Below the pieces are notes generated by a model. It saw nothing but the letters and a program-made list of their open reading frames with translations. It was not told where the DNA came from and searched no databases. From Rhodospirillales bacterium (GTDB lineage: Bacteria > Pseudomonadota > Alphaproteobacteria > Rhodospirillales > JASLLV01), in contig JASLLV010000003.1 of assembly GCA_030746935.1 (NCBI GenBank), positions 1 through 38,408 of the forward strand: a DNA stretch of 38,408 nucleotides. The letters are read 5' to 3'. The translations under genes were made by a program, and so were the position numbers. Shown here piece after piece: positions 1-7,964 of the stretch. Each line of letters starts with the position of its first letter. The first letter of the stretch is position 1.

Positions 1-1
1 C

Positions 2-412
2 TCGCACCTGATCCTCCCGACCATCGCCGTCGGAACGCCGTTCGCCGCCATCATCACCAGGATGATCCGGTCGTCCATGCTGGAGGTGCTGAAGGCCGAT
101 TTCATGCAAGTGGCGCAAGCCAAGGGATTGCCGCAGAGGCGAATGGTCTTGGTGCACGCCTTTCCCAACGCCCTCATCCCCGTGGTCACCGTCATGGGAA
201 TCGCGTTTGCACTGTTGATGGCGGGCACGGTGGTGGTGGAGAACGTATTCGCCATCAAGGGGCTTGGACGTGTTCTGATTCAGGGCATCCTGGGTCGCGA
301 TTATCCGGTCGTCCAGGGCGCCATCCTCGTGGTCTCGGCGATCTTCGTCACCTCCAACCTGCTGGTCGATCTCGTCTACACCGTCATCGACCCACGCATT
401 CGCTACGACTAA
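2..412 (+). CDS. Peptide/nickel ABC transporter permease (DppB/OppB family), 5'-truncated by window edge
   Basis: Frame open from base 2 (SHLILPTIAVG...). EAA-loop motif 'RSSMLEVLKADFMQVAQAKGL', plus 'VVVENVFAIKGLG' and C-terminal 'DPRIRY'. Confidence 0.92.
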   Translation, partial: SHLILPTIAVGTPFAAIITRMIRSSMLEVLKADFMQVAQAKGLPQRRMVLVHAFPNALIPVVTVMGIAFALLMAGTVVVENVFAIKGLGRVLIQGILGRDYPVVQGAILVVSAIFVTSNLLVDLVYTVIDPRIRYD

Positions 413-1332
413 TGACCCCGCAGGACGCCGTCGCCACAGCCGAAAGTTTGGCCCCCGATACGGCCTCGCTGCCGACGCGCGGAGAGGTGTGGTGGACTTT
501 CATCCTCCGCGACAAGAAAGCGTTGGTCGGCCTGATCGTGATCGCCGTGATGGGCTTCGCCGCGATCTTTGCGCCCCTCATCGTCCCTTACGATCCCAAT
601 GCCCAGGACTACGCGATGATCGGGGCTCCGACATGGGCCCACCTGCTGGGCACGGACGACTTGGGGCGCGATCTTCTCAGTCGCCTCATCATGGGCACCC
701 GCATCTCACTGTTCGTCGGCTTCTCGACGGTCTTCCTCGGGGCGGTGTCGGGCGTCATCTTGGGCGTAGCGGCCGGCTATTCCGGCGGCTGGCTCGACAA
801 CATCATCATGCGCTACATCGACCTCCAGTGGGCGTTTCCCAACTTCATCATCGCGGTCTACCTGGTGGCCGTGTTCGGCACCGGCCTCACGAACGTCATC
901 GTTGCCATCTCGCTGGCGTTCATCGACGATTTCGCCCGGACCGCGCGGGGCATGGTTCTGATCATCCGCGAAGAACAGTACGTCGCCGCGGCGCGCACCA
1001 TCGGCGCCTCGGATCAGCGGATCATGTGGCGCCACATCCTGCCCAACGCCGCCGCGCCGATCATCGTCCAGGCCACCATCAACATCTCGTACGCCATCCT
1101 GGCAGAGGCGGGGCTGTCCTTCCTCGGGCTCGGGGTCCAGGCGACGACGCCCACATGGGGTTTGATTCTCGCCGATGCCCGCAGTTTCATCTCGGTCGCG
1201 TGGTGGTTGGGCGTCTTTCCCGGCCTGTTCATCATGGTCGCGGTGCTGAGCGTCAACTTTCTCGGCGACGCGCTCCGGGATCTGCTCGACGTTCGCGAAT
1301 TCAGGGAGGTCGCGGGAGAGGACACGCGATAA
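412..1332 (+). CDS. Peptide/nickel ABC transporter permease (DppC/OppC family)
   Basis: 'HLLGTDDLGRDLLSRL', 'EEQYVAAARTIGAS' EAA loop, 'LSFLGLG', 'NFLGDALRD'. TAATG overlap with the upstream permease. Confidence 0.93.
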   Translation: MTPQDAVATAESLAPDTASLPTRGEVWWTFILRDKKALVGLIVIAVMGFAAIFAPLIVPYDPNAQDYAMIGAPTWAHLLGTDDLGRDLLSRLIMGTRISLFVGFSTVFLGAVSGVILGVAAGYSGGWLDNIIMRYIDLQWAFPNFIIAVYLVAVFGTGLTNVIVAISLAFIDDFARTARGMVLIIREEQYVAAARTIGASDQRIMWRHILPNAAAPIIVQATINISYAILAEAGLSFLGLGVQATTPTWGLILADARSFISVAWWLGVFPGLFIMVAVLSVNFLGDALRDLLDVREFREVAGEDTR

Positions 1333-1431
1333 GTTGTCGACCGTCGCGCGTGCTGGGCGCATCCGACGATCCTTGAGGGGCGCGCTGGCGGCTCCCCTCC
1401 CCATCCCCGAGGCACATTGGGAACATTCGCC

Positions 1432-1453
1432 GGTCGCCGGGGCTTCGGCGACC
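1432..1453. terminator. GC-rich hairpin between convergent genes, possible terminator
   Basis: GGTCGCCG-gggctt-CGGCGACC, an 8-bp stem immediately after the ATPase stop. No clear U-tract. Confidence 0.35.
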
Positions 1454-1454
1454 C

Positions 1455-2471
1455 TCAGGTGGTCTTCGTCGGCCGCCCTGGGAGATCGTCTATCCGCAAG
1501 CAGGCCGACAAGTGTCCGTCTTCGAGCGGCTCGAGCGGCGGGATCTCTTCGGCGCACCTGTCTGCCGCATAGCGGCAGCGCGGCCTGAACGCGCATCCCT
1601 TGTCGAGGCGCGAGAGATCCGGCGGCTGGCCTTCGATGGGGTCGAGCTTTTCCTTGCGCGGCTGGTCCACACGCGGGACCGAGCGCAGCAGCGCGAGGGT
1701 ATAGGGGTGGGACGGGCTGTGGTAAATCTGCCGGGCGGTGCCGCTTTCGATGATCTTTCCCGCATACATGACGTTCATCCGGTCCGCGTAACGGGCCACC
1801 ACGCCTAGATTGTGGGTGATGATGATCAGGGCGACGCCGAAGCGCCTGGTCAGGTCCTTCATCAGCTCCAGAATCTGGGCCTGGATCGTCACGTCGAGGG
1901 CCGTGGTCGGCTCGTCGGCGATGATCAGTTTGGGCTCGCACGACAGCGCCATGGCGATCATCACCCGCTGGCGCATCCCGCCGCTGAAGTGATGGGGGTA
2001 TTGGGTCAGCCGGCGCTCGGGATCGGAGATCCCCACCGTCTCCAGCAGCTCGATGGCCCGCGCGCGCGCCGCGCCGGCCGACAGGCCGAGGTGTTCGACC
2101 AAGGTCTCGGTCAGCTGAAGCCCGATGGAGAGCACGGGATTGAGCGACGTCATGGGCTCCTGGAAGACCATCCCAATCTCACTGCCCCGCACGTCGCGAA
2201 TTTCCGCTTCGCTAAGCCCGAGCAAGTCCTTGCCGTTGAAGCGGATACTGCCGTCGACGATGCGCCCCGGCGGAGACGGAATGAGCCGAAGGATCGACAG
2301 CGCGCTTACCGTCTTGCCGCACCCTGACTCGCCCACGATGGCGACCGTTTCCCCCTCTTCCACGTCGTAGGAAATGCCGTCGACGGCTCTCACCGTCCCC
2401 GCGGCCGTGACGAACTGGGTGCAAAGATTCTCGATCTCGAACAGTTTGGACACCGACCCACCTTGATTCAT
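1455..2471 (-). CDS. Oligopeptide/dipeptide ABC transporter ATP-binding protein (DppD/OppD family)
   Basis: Walker A GESGCGKT, signature FSGGMRQR, Walker B IIADEPTTALD, C-terminal HPYT and C-x-F-x-P-R-C Cys motif. Start may be the GTG at 2453. Confidence 0.95.
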   Translation of the reverse strand: MNQGGSVSKLFEIENLCTQFVTAAGTVRAVDGISYDVEEGETVAIVGESGCGKTVSALSILRLIPSPPGRIVDGSIRFNGKDLLGLSEAEIRDVRGSEIGMVFQEPMTSLNPVLSIGLQLTETLVEHLGLSAGAARARAIELLETVGISDPERRLTQYPHHFSGGMRQRVMIAMALSCEPKLIIADEPTTALDVTIQAQILELMKDLTRRFGVALIIITHNLGVVARYADRMNVMYAGKIIESGTARQIYHSPSHPYTLALLRSVPRVDQPRKEKLDPIEGQPPDLSRLDKGCAFRPRCRYAADRCAEEIPPLEPLEDGHLSACLRIDDLPGRPTKTT

Positions 2472-2498
2472 GCGCCGTCGATTCGTCGCCAGGGAAAT

Positions 2499-2561
2499 CT
2501 AAAGCGGATCGCGAGCGATTGGAATCGCGAAGCGTTCGCAGTTAATCGCGATCCGCTCTAG
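2499..2561. repeat. Short palindromic intergenic element (MITE/RIME-like), copy 1
   Basis: Termini CTAAAGCGGATCGCGA ... TCGCGATCCGCTCTAG form a 16-bp inverted repeat with 1 mismatch. The first 14 nt are identical to 17701-17714. Confidence 0.7.
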
Positions 2562-2585
2562 ACGCCCGCCGAAGCGCCCCCGTCC

Positions 2586-3806
2586 CTACTCGGCCGCAGC
2601 CGCGGCCCGGCGCAGGCTCGCAAGCCACGCGATGGCAAGAAGACTTGCCAGCACCGGCACGATCACGCCCAAATTCACCATGAGCCACCCGAACTGGTGG
2701 AACAGCGCCCCTGACGACAGGCTGAGCACCGTCACCATTCCCCAGACCATGCAGTCGTTGAAACCCTGGACCTTGGCGCGCTCTTCGGGCTCGTAAGTCT
2801 CGGTCAACAACGTCGTTCCGCCCACGAACATGAAATTCCACCCGACGCCCAAGAGAACGAGCCCCACCCAGAAATTCTCGATCGCGATTCCGGACGCGTT
2901 GACGACGACGCACAAGACGTTCAGCACGATACCGGCACCGATAACGCGTATCGTTCCGAACCGGGCAATCAGGGCACCGGTGAAAAAGCTGGGGAGGTAC
3001 ATCCCGAGCGCATGCCACTGGATCACGAAGGCCGCGTCCGCGAATTCGTGGCCGCAAGCGGCCATGGCAATGGGGGTTGCGGTCATCACCATGCTCATCA
3101 CGCCGAAGCCGACCATCGCCGAAAGCACGGCAGTGATGAGCGCCGGTTGGCGGATCAACACGCGGAGCGGCCTTCCCGAGCGCCGAGATTCGTCGGCGCT
3201 TGGTTTAGGAAGGGTTGTGAAGCTGAGGACGGCGACGGCGACCACGCACAGGACCGCAATCGCCACGTAGGATCCGGCGAAGGTCACGGGCGCCAACCAG
3301 TCGCGGCTGAGTTTGGCGAGCTCGGGGCCGGCGACCGCGGCGACGATGCCGCCCGCGAGCACGAACGAGATCGCGCGGCTGCGGAACTCCGGCGACGAGA
3401 CCTCGGCGGCGGCGAAGCGGTAGTACTGCCAGAACGCGTTGTGCACGCCGAGCATGGCACTGCCGACGCAAAAGACGAAGAACGAGCCGATCCAAATTCC
3501 CCAGGCCGCCACTACGGCCCCAGCGGCGCCGACGATCTGGCCGAGGAGGAAACCGGGGCGCCGGCCGACGCGCTTCATCAGGTGTGCCGCCGGGATCGCG
3601 GTCACCAGCATACCGGCGAACTGCAACGCCAGCGGCAATGTCGCCAGCCGCTTGTCGGTGGCCAGCATTTCGCCGGCCAGCGCCGAGACGGTTATGACGA
3701 GTGCGGTTCCGGTCATCGCGAGCGCGACACCGAATGCGAGCAGGAACACGTTGCGCAACGTTCCGCGACGAGCGTCCACGGCATGGGTTTCGCGCGACTG
3801 CGCCAT
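2586..3806 (-). CDS. MFS transporter
   Basis: About 12 hydrophobic segments, motif A-like 'HLMKRVGRRPGF', 'QYYRFAAAE', 'GWNFMFVGGT'. Confidence 0.9.
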   Translation of the reverse strand: MAQSRETHAVDARRGTLRNVFLLAFGVALAMTGTALVITVSALAGEMLATDKRLATLPLALQFAGMLVTAIPAAHLMKRVGRRPGFLLGQIVGAAGAVVAAWGIWIGSFFVFCVGSAMLGVHNAFWQYYRFAAAEVSSPEFRSRAISFVLAGGIVAAVAGPELAKLSRDWLAPVTFAGSYVAIAVLCVVAVAVLSFTTLPKPSADESRRSGRPLRVLIRQPALITAVLSAMVGFGVMSMVMTATPIAMAACGHEFADAAFVIQWHALGMYLPSFFTGALIARFGTIRVIGAGIVLNVLCVVVNASGIAIENFWVGLVLLGVGWNFMFVGGTTLLTETYEPEERAKVQGFNDCMVWGMVTVLSLSSGALFHQFGWLMVNLGVIVPVLASLLAIAWLASLRRAAAAAE

Positions 3807-3861
3807 GGCTACGGCCTAGTTCGTGAGGTGCCGCGCGGCCGAGGCGCACGCCTGGCAACGC

Positions 3862-4914
3862 TCAAGCGTTGATGTCGATGAGGGCGCGCGTAAACGGGTC
3901 GTTCCCGACGGACGCCAGCAGCTTCAAATACGCGTTGCGTGTCGAGAACGCAGACTGGAGGTTGAAAAGCGTCGCGGTGTTCCGGCGTTCCGCGTCGCTT
4001 TCCGCTTCCTGCAGGGCAACGGCCTGTTTGATCGTCAGATCGCCGATGAGGCCGGAAAACGCCGTGACCTGATTGTCGGCGCGCCCCAGATAGAACGTGG
4101 CCTCGGCGGTGGCGGCCCGGAACCTTGCGCGGTGAACGTCGAGCGTCGCCTTGGCCGCCGCGATGTCGTCGATGGCGCGCGCGCGCCCGGCGACCGTCTC
4201 GAGGCCCTCGTACAACCACGCGTCCAGGACCTCGAGGCCGCTTCGCGACAGCGTACCCGTGAACTGCTCGGCGTCCGAGGTTTTGAAATTGATGGTAAAT
4301 GTCACCGCATTCCCGGCGATGCTATCGAGCCGCAAGCCGTCGTTTACAGACGCCTTCTTTCCCGTTTTCGCGCCGGTCGCGGGATCAATCTGAACCAGGA
4401 TTTTGGTAAAGTCACCCTCGCGAATCCAGCGATCCCCGCCGGAATCGGTGATGGAATAGTCGGTGCCCAGGTACTTGTGCGCTACCGTCCGGGTCGCAGC
4501 GTTATCGGTGGCGATGTAAGAAAAGCTGCTGGTGCCGTTGGCGCCGAGGAGATTCGGGCTGTCGAACCCGCTTTCCGCGGCGTTGTTGAGCGCATTGAGC
4601 GAGGCGTTGAAGCTGCGGGCCAGGCCGGAGAAGCTTTGCGCAGTCCCGTTGCGGGCAAGGACGGCGAAACTGGTCGCAGAATCGAGGTTGGCGCGGATCG
4701 ATCCCACGCGACCGACGACACGGTCGAGAAAATCGATCACGCCCTGGACCGCGCCCGCGTCGCGGTCGATGGAATTGATCCTTTGTAGGAAGCTGGCGAC
4801 GACGACGCTTTGGTCTTCGGCGAGTTTGCGCGCGTTGAACTGCGCCACCTGGATTTGAAGGGTGGCGTTGGCAAGCCCGAACACGCTGACCGGCGTCAGT
4901 GCTGTCGTAGCCAC
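3862..4914 (-). CDS. Divergent flagellin/FlgL-like helical protein
   Basis: N-terminal 'AVLARNGT...LNALNNAAESGFDSPNLLG' and C-terminal 'ARAIDDIAAAKATLDVHRARF' resemble flagellin D1 helices flanking a beta-rich middle. Start is the GTG at 4914 or the ATG at 4977; the ORF-track extension to 5259 overlaps the thiolase and is not credible. Confidence 0.6.
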   Translation of the reverse strand: MATTALTPVSVFGLANATLQIQVAQFNARKLAEDQSVVVASFLQRINSIDRDAGAVQGVIDFLDRVVGRVGSIRANLDSATSFAVLARNGTAQSFSGLARSFNASLNALNNAAESGFDSPNLLGANGTSSFSYIATDNAATRTVAHKYLGTDYSITDSGGDRWIREGDFTKILVQIDPATGAKTGKKASVNDGLRLDSIAGNAVTFTINFKTSDAEQFTGTLSRSGLEVLDAWLYEGLETVAGRARAIDDIAAAKATLDVHRARFRAATAEATFYLGRADNQVTAFSGLIGDLTIKQAVALQEAESDAERRNTATLFNLQSAFSTRNAYLKLLASVGNDPFTRALIDINA

Positions 4915-4981
4915 GCGATGAGACCCCGCCCCAAAAAAGCCTTGCGCGTTAGCGATATCGAACCACGAACCAATCATCCTA

Positions 4982-4999
4982 GCACGGCTCCCGCCGTGC
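4982..4999. promoter_or_regulatory. Perfect 7-bp inverted repeat between the thiolase-like gene and the flagellin-like gene
   Basis: GCACGGC-tccc-GCCGTGC, with another GCACGGC at 5040-5046. Could be a terminator or an operator. Confidence 0.3.
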
Positions 5000-5074
5000 G
5001 TCACCGTCGAAGCGAAAAATATCCCAATTTCAATTGCTTGCACGGCACCGTTCGGACGCCGTCGAACCCGCCGT

Positions 5075-6220
5075 TCAGGCCTCGTTAGCGAGTACGAGCG
5101 TGCCCGCCGCCGACAGCATTCCACCCATTCCATTGACCAACGAAAGCCCGACGTCCGGCACTTGGCGGGGGCCGCACTCGCCGCGCAACTGGCGCACCGA
5201 TTCGACGATCGGGAAGATGCCGTACATGCCGGTATGGGTGTAGGAAAGGCCGCCGCCATTGGTGTTGGTCGGCAACGAACCGCCGGGCGCGGAACGCCCG
5301 TCGGCGAAAAACGCCACGCCCTCGCCGGGCGGGGCGAAGCCGAGCGATTCCAGCATGATGGGAGGGCCTGCGGTAAACGCGTCGTACAGCATCACGTGGT
5401 CGAAGTCGGCAGGCCCCACGTCCGCCATCCTGAACGCCTTTTCGCCGGCGATCCGGGTCGCCTGACTGAATGTCAGGTCCTTCATTTGGGTCATCAGGAC
5501 GTGCTCTGTCCCCTCGCCGGCGCCGCGGACGAAGACCGGCGGCTTCTTGAGATCGCGGGCGCGGTCGGGCCGGGTCAGGACCACCGCGCCGCCGGCGTCC
5601 GTCACCAGGCAGATGTTGAAGCGGTTGAACGGATAGCACACGGGACGCGAGTTCAAGACGTCGGCGACGGTGATGGGATCGCGGAACTTGGCCCGGGGAT
5701 TGAGGCATGCCCACGCACGGGTTGAGACGGCGACCTGCGCCCAGTCCTCGAGCGTAGTGCCGTGTTCGTGCATGTGCCGAGTCGCGATCAGGCCGAAGTA
5801 GGTGGGCGCGCCGTAAAATCCGTAAACGAAATCGAACTGGCCATTCAGGCTCTGGTCGCGCGCGCGCGGGCCGCCGACACGCGAACGTCCGCTCTCGCCA
5901 TGGGAGACGACGGCGACATCGCAGAGCCCATGGTGCAGGGCTGCGAGTGCGTGGCCGACCAGGATCATGAACGAGCACCCGCCGACGTAAGTCCCGTCCA
6001 CGTACCGGGGCGTGATCCCGAGCGCCTCGCCGATGCTCGCGGGCGTGTACTGGCCGGCGGTGAACACCCCGTCCACCTCGTTGATGGTCAAACCGGCGTC
6101 ATCGACGGCGTTGGCGATGGCTTCGAGATGCAGGCTGAGCGGGCTCTTGTCGGGGAGCGTCCCGATCTCGTCGCTTTCGGCGGCGCCGACAATGCACGCC
6201 GCGTTGCTGAGCTCCCTCAT
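5075..6220 (-). CDS. Thiolase-fold protein, SCP-x/Ltp2-like (probably aldolase-type)
   Basis: 'ICLVTDAGGAVV', 'LYDAFT', 'NTNGGGLSYTH', 'RQLRGECGPRQV'. ATG at 6220 overlaps the DUF35 stop (ATGA). Confidence 0.88.
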   Translation of the reverse strand: MRELSNAACIVGAAESDEIGTLPDKSPLSLHLEAIANAVDDAGLTINEVDGVFTAGQYTPASIGEALGITPRYVDGTYVGGCSFMILVGHALAALHHGLCDVAVVSHGESGRSRVGGPRARDQSLNGQFDFVYGFYGAPTYFGLIATRHMHEHGTTLEDWAQVAVSTRAWACLNPRAKFRDPITVADVLNSRPVCYPFNRFNICLVTDAGGAVVLTRPDRARDLKKPPVFVRGAGEGTEHVLMTQMKDLTFSQATRIAGEKAFRMADVGPADFDHVMLYDAFTAGPPIMLESLGFAPPGEGVAFFADGRSAPGGSLPTNTNGGGLSYTHTGMYGIFPIVESVRQLRGECGPRQVPDVGLSLVNGMGGMLSAAGTLVLANEA

Positions 6221-6687
6221 GCGCCACCCCCTGATGCCTTCGCGCCGACGGGGCGGAACTGGGGGATCGTGATGGCGTCGGTTAACCGTTCGAACACCAC
6301 CTCGAGCGGCATATCGCACTTGAGCGCCGCAGGATCCGGCTCCACGTCGACAAGGTTGGTCAAAAGCCTCGGCCCCTCGTCGAGCTCAACCAGTGCAAGG
6401 ACGTAAGGCGGCGGCACCTTGAAATTGGGGTTGAGCGACTGATGGGCGATCTCGAACGAATAAAGCGTCGCCTTCCCGCTCGCCTCGATCCACGAGATGT
6501 CGCGCGAGTGACAGGTGGGACATAGGACGCGGGGGTAGAAAAAGGGCCCACATTTTTCGCAACTTGGCAGCATCAGCTTGCCGTTCCTTAAACCCTCCCA
6601 ATAGGGCTCCGCTTCGGGCGTGATCGGCGCGGGCAGTGGTCGGTCGAGGGATTGTTGCATGGCTTGGTGGTCCGGTTTCCGTTGCAT
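6217..6687 (-). CDS. DUF35 Zn-ribbon/OB-fold protein (ChsH2-like)
   Basis: 'PYWEG', CxxC...CxxC (CEKC, CPTC), 'PYVLALVELDEGPRLLTNLV'. Confidence 0.92.
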   Translation of the reverse strand: MQRKPDHQAMQQSLDRPLPAPITPEAEPYWEGLRNGKLMLPSCEKCGPFFYPRVLCPTCHSRDISWIEASGKATLYSFEIAHQSLNPNFKVPPPYVLALVELDEGPRLLTNLVDVEPDPAALKCDMPLEVVFERLTDAITIPQFRPVGAKASGGGA

Positions 6688-6696
6688 AGGCCCCGT

Positions 6697-7626
6697 TCAG
6701 AACGCCACTTGATCGCCGCCTTTGAGGCCGAGCCGGCGGCGCGCGTCGTCGGGCGCGGCGATTTCGAGCGAGAGATTTTCGAGGATCGCGCGGATGCGCG
6801 CGACCTGATCGGCGTTGCTTTGGGCCAGCACGCCTTTTCCGAGATACAGGCTGTCCTCGAGGCCGACGCGGACGTTGCCGCCCATGATCGCACCCATGGT
6901 GCAAAGCCCGAGCTGGTGGCGGCCGGCGGCCAGGATCGACCATTCGTAGTCGGCGCCGAACAACCGATCGGCCGTACGGCGCATGAAGACCATGTTGTCG
7001 GGCTCCGGCCCGATGCCGCCGAGGATGCCGAAGATCGTCTGTACGAAAAGCGGTGGGGTGACCAGGCCGCGGTCAAGGAAATGGGCGAGGTTGTAAAGGT
7101 GCCCCACGTCGTAGCATTCGAATTCGAACCGCGTGCCGCAGCCTTCGCCCAGCTCCTTCAGCACGCGCTCGATATCCAGGTATGTATTCTTGAAGACCAT
7201 GTCGCGCGAGCCCTCGAGATACGCCGGCTCCCAGTCGTATTTCCATTCGGTGTAGCGGTTCAGGATCGGGTATAGGCCGAAGTTCATGGACCCCATGTTG
7301 AGGGACGCCATCTCAGGCTTGGCGCGAAGCGGCGCCGCCAGCCGCTCGTCGAGGGTCATCTTCTGGCTGCCGCCCGACGTGATGTTTACGACCGCGTTGG
7401 TCGCCTGCTTGATCCTGGGCAGGAACTGCATGAATACGGCCGGGTCCGGCGTCGGGCTGCCGTCGGCGGCGTTGCGGGCGTGAAGGTGCAAGATGGCGGC
7501 ACCGGCCTCGGCCGCGGCGACCGCGTCCTTGGCGATCTCGTCCGGCGTGATCGGTAGATGCGGCGACATGGTCGGCGTGTGAATCGAGCCGGTGACCGCA
7601 CACGTGATGATCACTTTGTCCGCCAC
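6697..7626 (-). CDS. Beta-keto acid cleavage enzyme (BKACE / DUF849, 3-keto-5-aminohexanoate cleavage family)
   Basis: 'IITCAVTG', Zn ligands 'HLHAR', 'SLNMGSMNF', 'FECYD', 'RVGLED'. GTG start with a GGAGG SD. Confidence 0.93.
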   Translation of the reverse strand: MADKVIITCAVTGSIHTPTMSPHLPITPDEIAKDAVAAAEAGAAILHLHARNAADGSPTPDPAVFMQFLPRIKQATNAVVNITSGGSQKMTLDERLAAPLRAKPEMASLNMGSMNFGLYPILNRYTEWKYDWEPAYLEGSRDMVFKNTYLDIERVLKELGEGCGTRFEFECYDVGHLYNLAHFLDRGLVTPPLFVQTIFGILGGIGPEPDNMVFMRRTADRLFGADYEWSILAAGRHQLGLCTMGAIMGGNVRVGLEDSLYLGKGVLAQSNADQVARIRAILENLSLEIAAPDDARRRLGLKGGDQVAF

Positions 7627-7964
7627 TGGTCCCTCCTAGGTTCGTCGCTTTGGCACCGTCGGCGCCTCATCGCTGCATGCGGCGGATGACGAAGACCGTC
7701 GTGCGCTTCCTCCGGCCATCATGGCGGCGATTCGCTACTCGGCAACACGGGCACCGGCCGTCACAGGCTGGCGGCCCGACAACGCTTGAGCCCCGCACGG
7801 ATGGGCAGCGCGTCAGTCTAGGGTAACGCACCGACGCCGGGCAACATCGCTCCTTGGCCGGGCTCGGCGCGCGAAGGCGGCCGCTGGCGTGGTGGTGGCG
7901 CCTGGGGCATACTCCGCGCCGCTTCGCGCCGAGTGAGGCGCGCTCGGAAACGAAGACGGTGAGG

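Noticed and set aside
4915-5074. Sigma-54 (GG-N10-GC) promoter for the flagellin-like gene
   Set aside because: The best candidate on the minus strand, TGGTTCGATATCGCT, has a 9-nt spacer, and there is no TGGCAC-N5-TTGC match.
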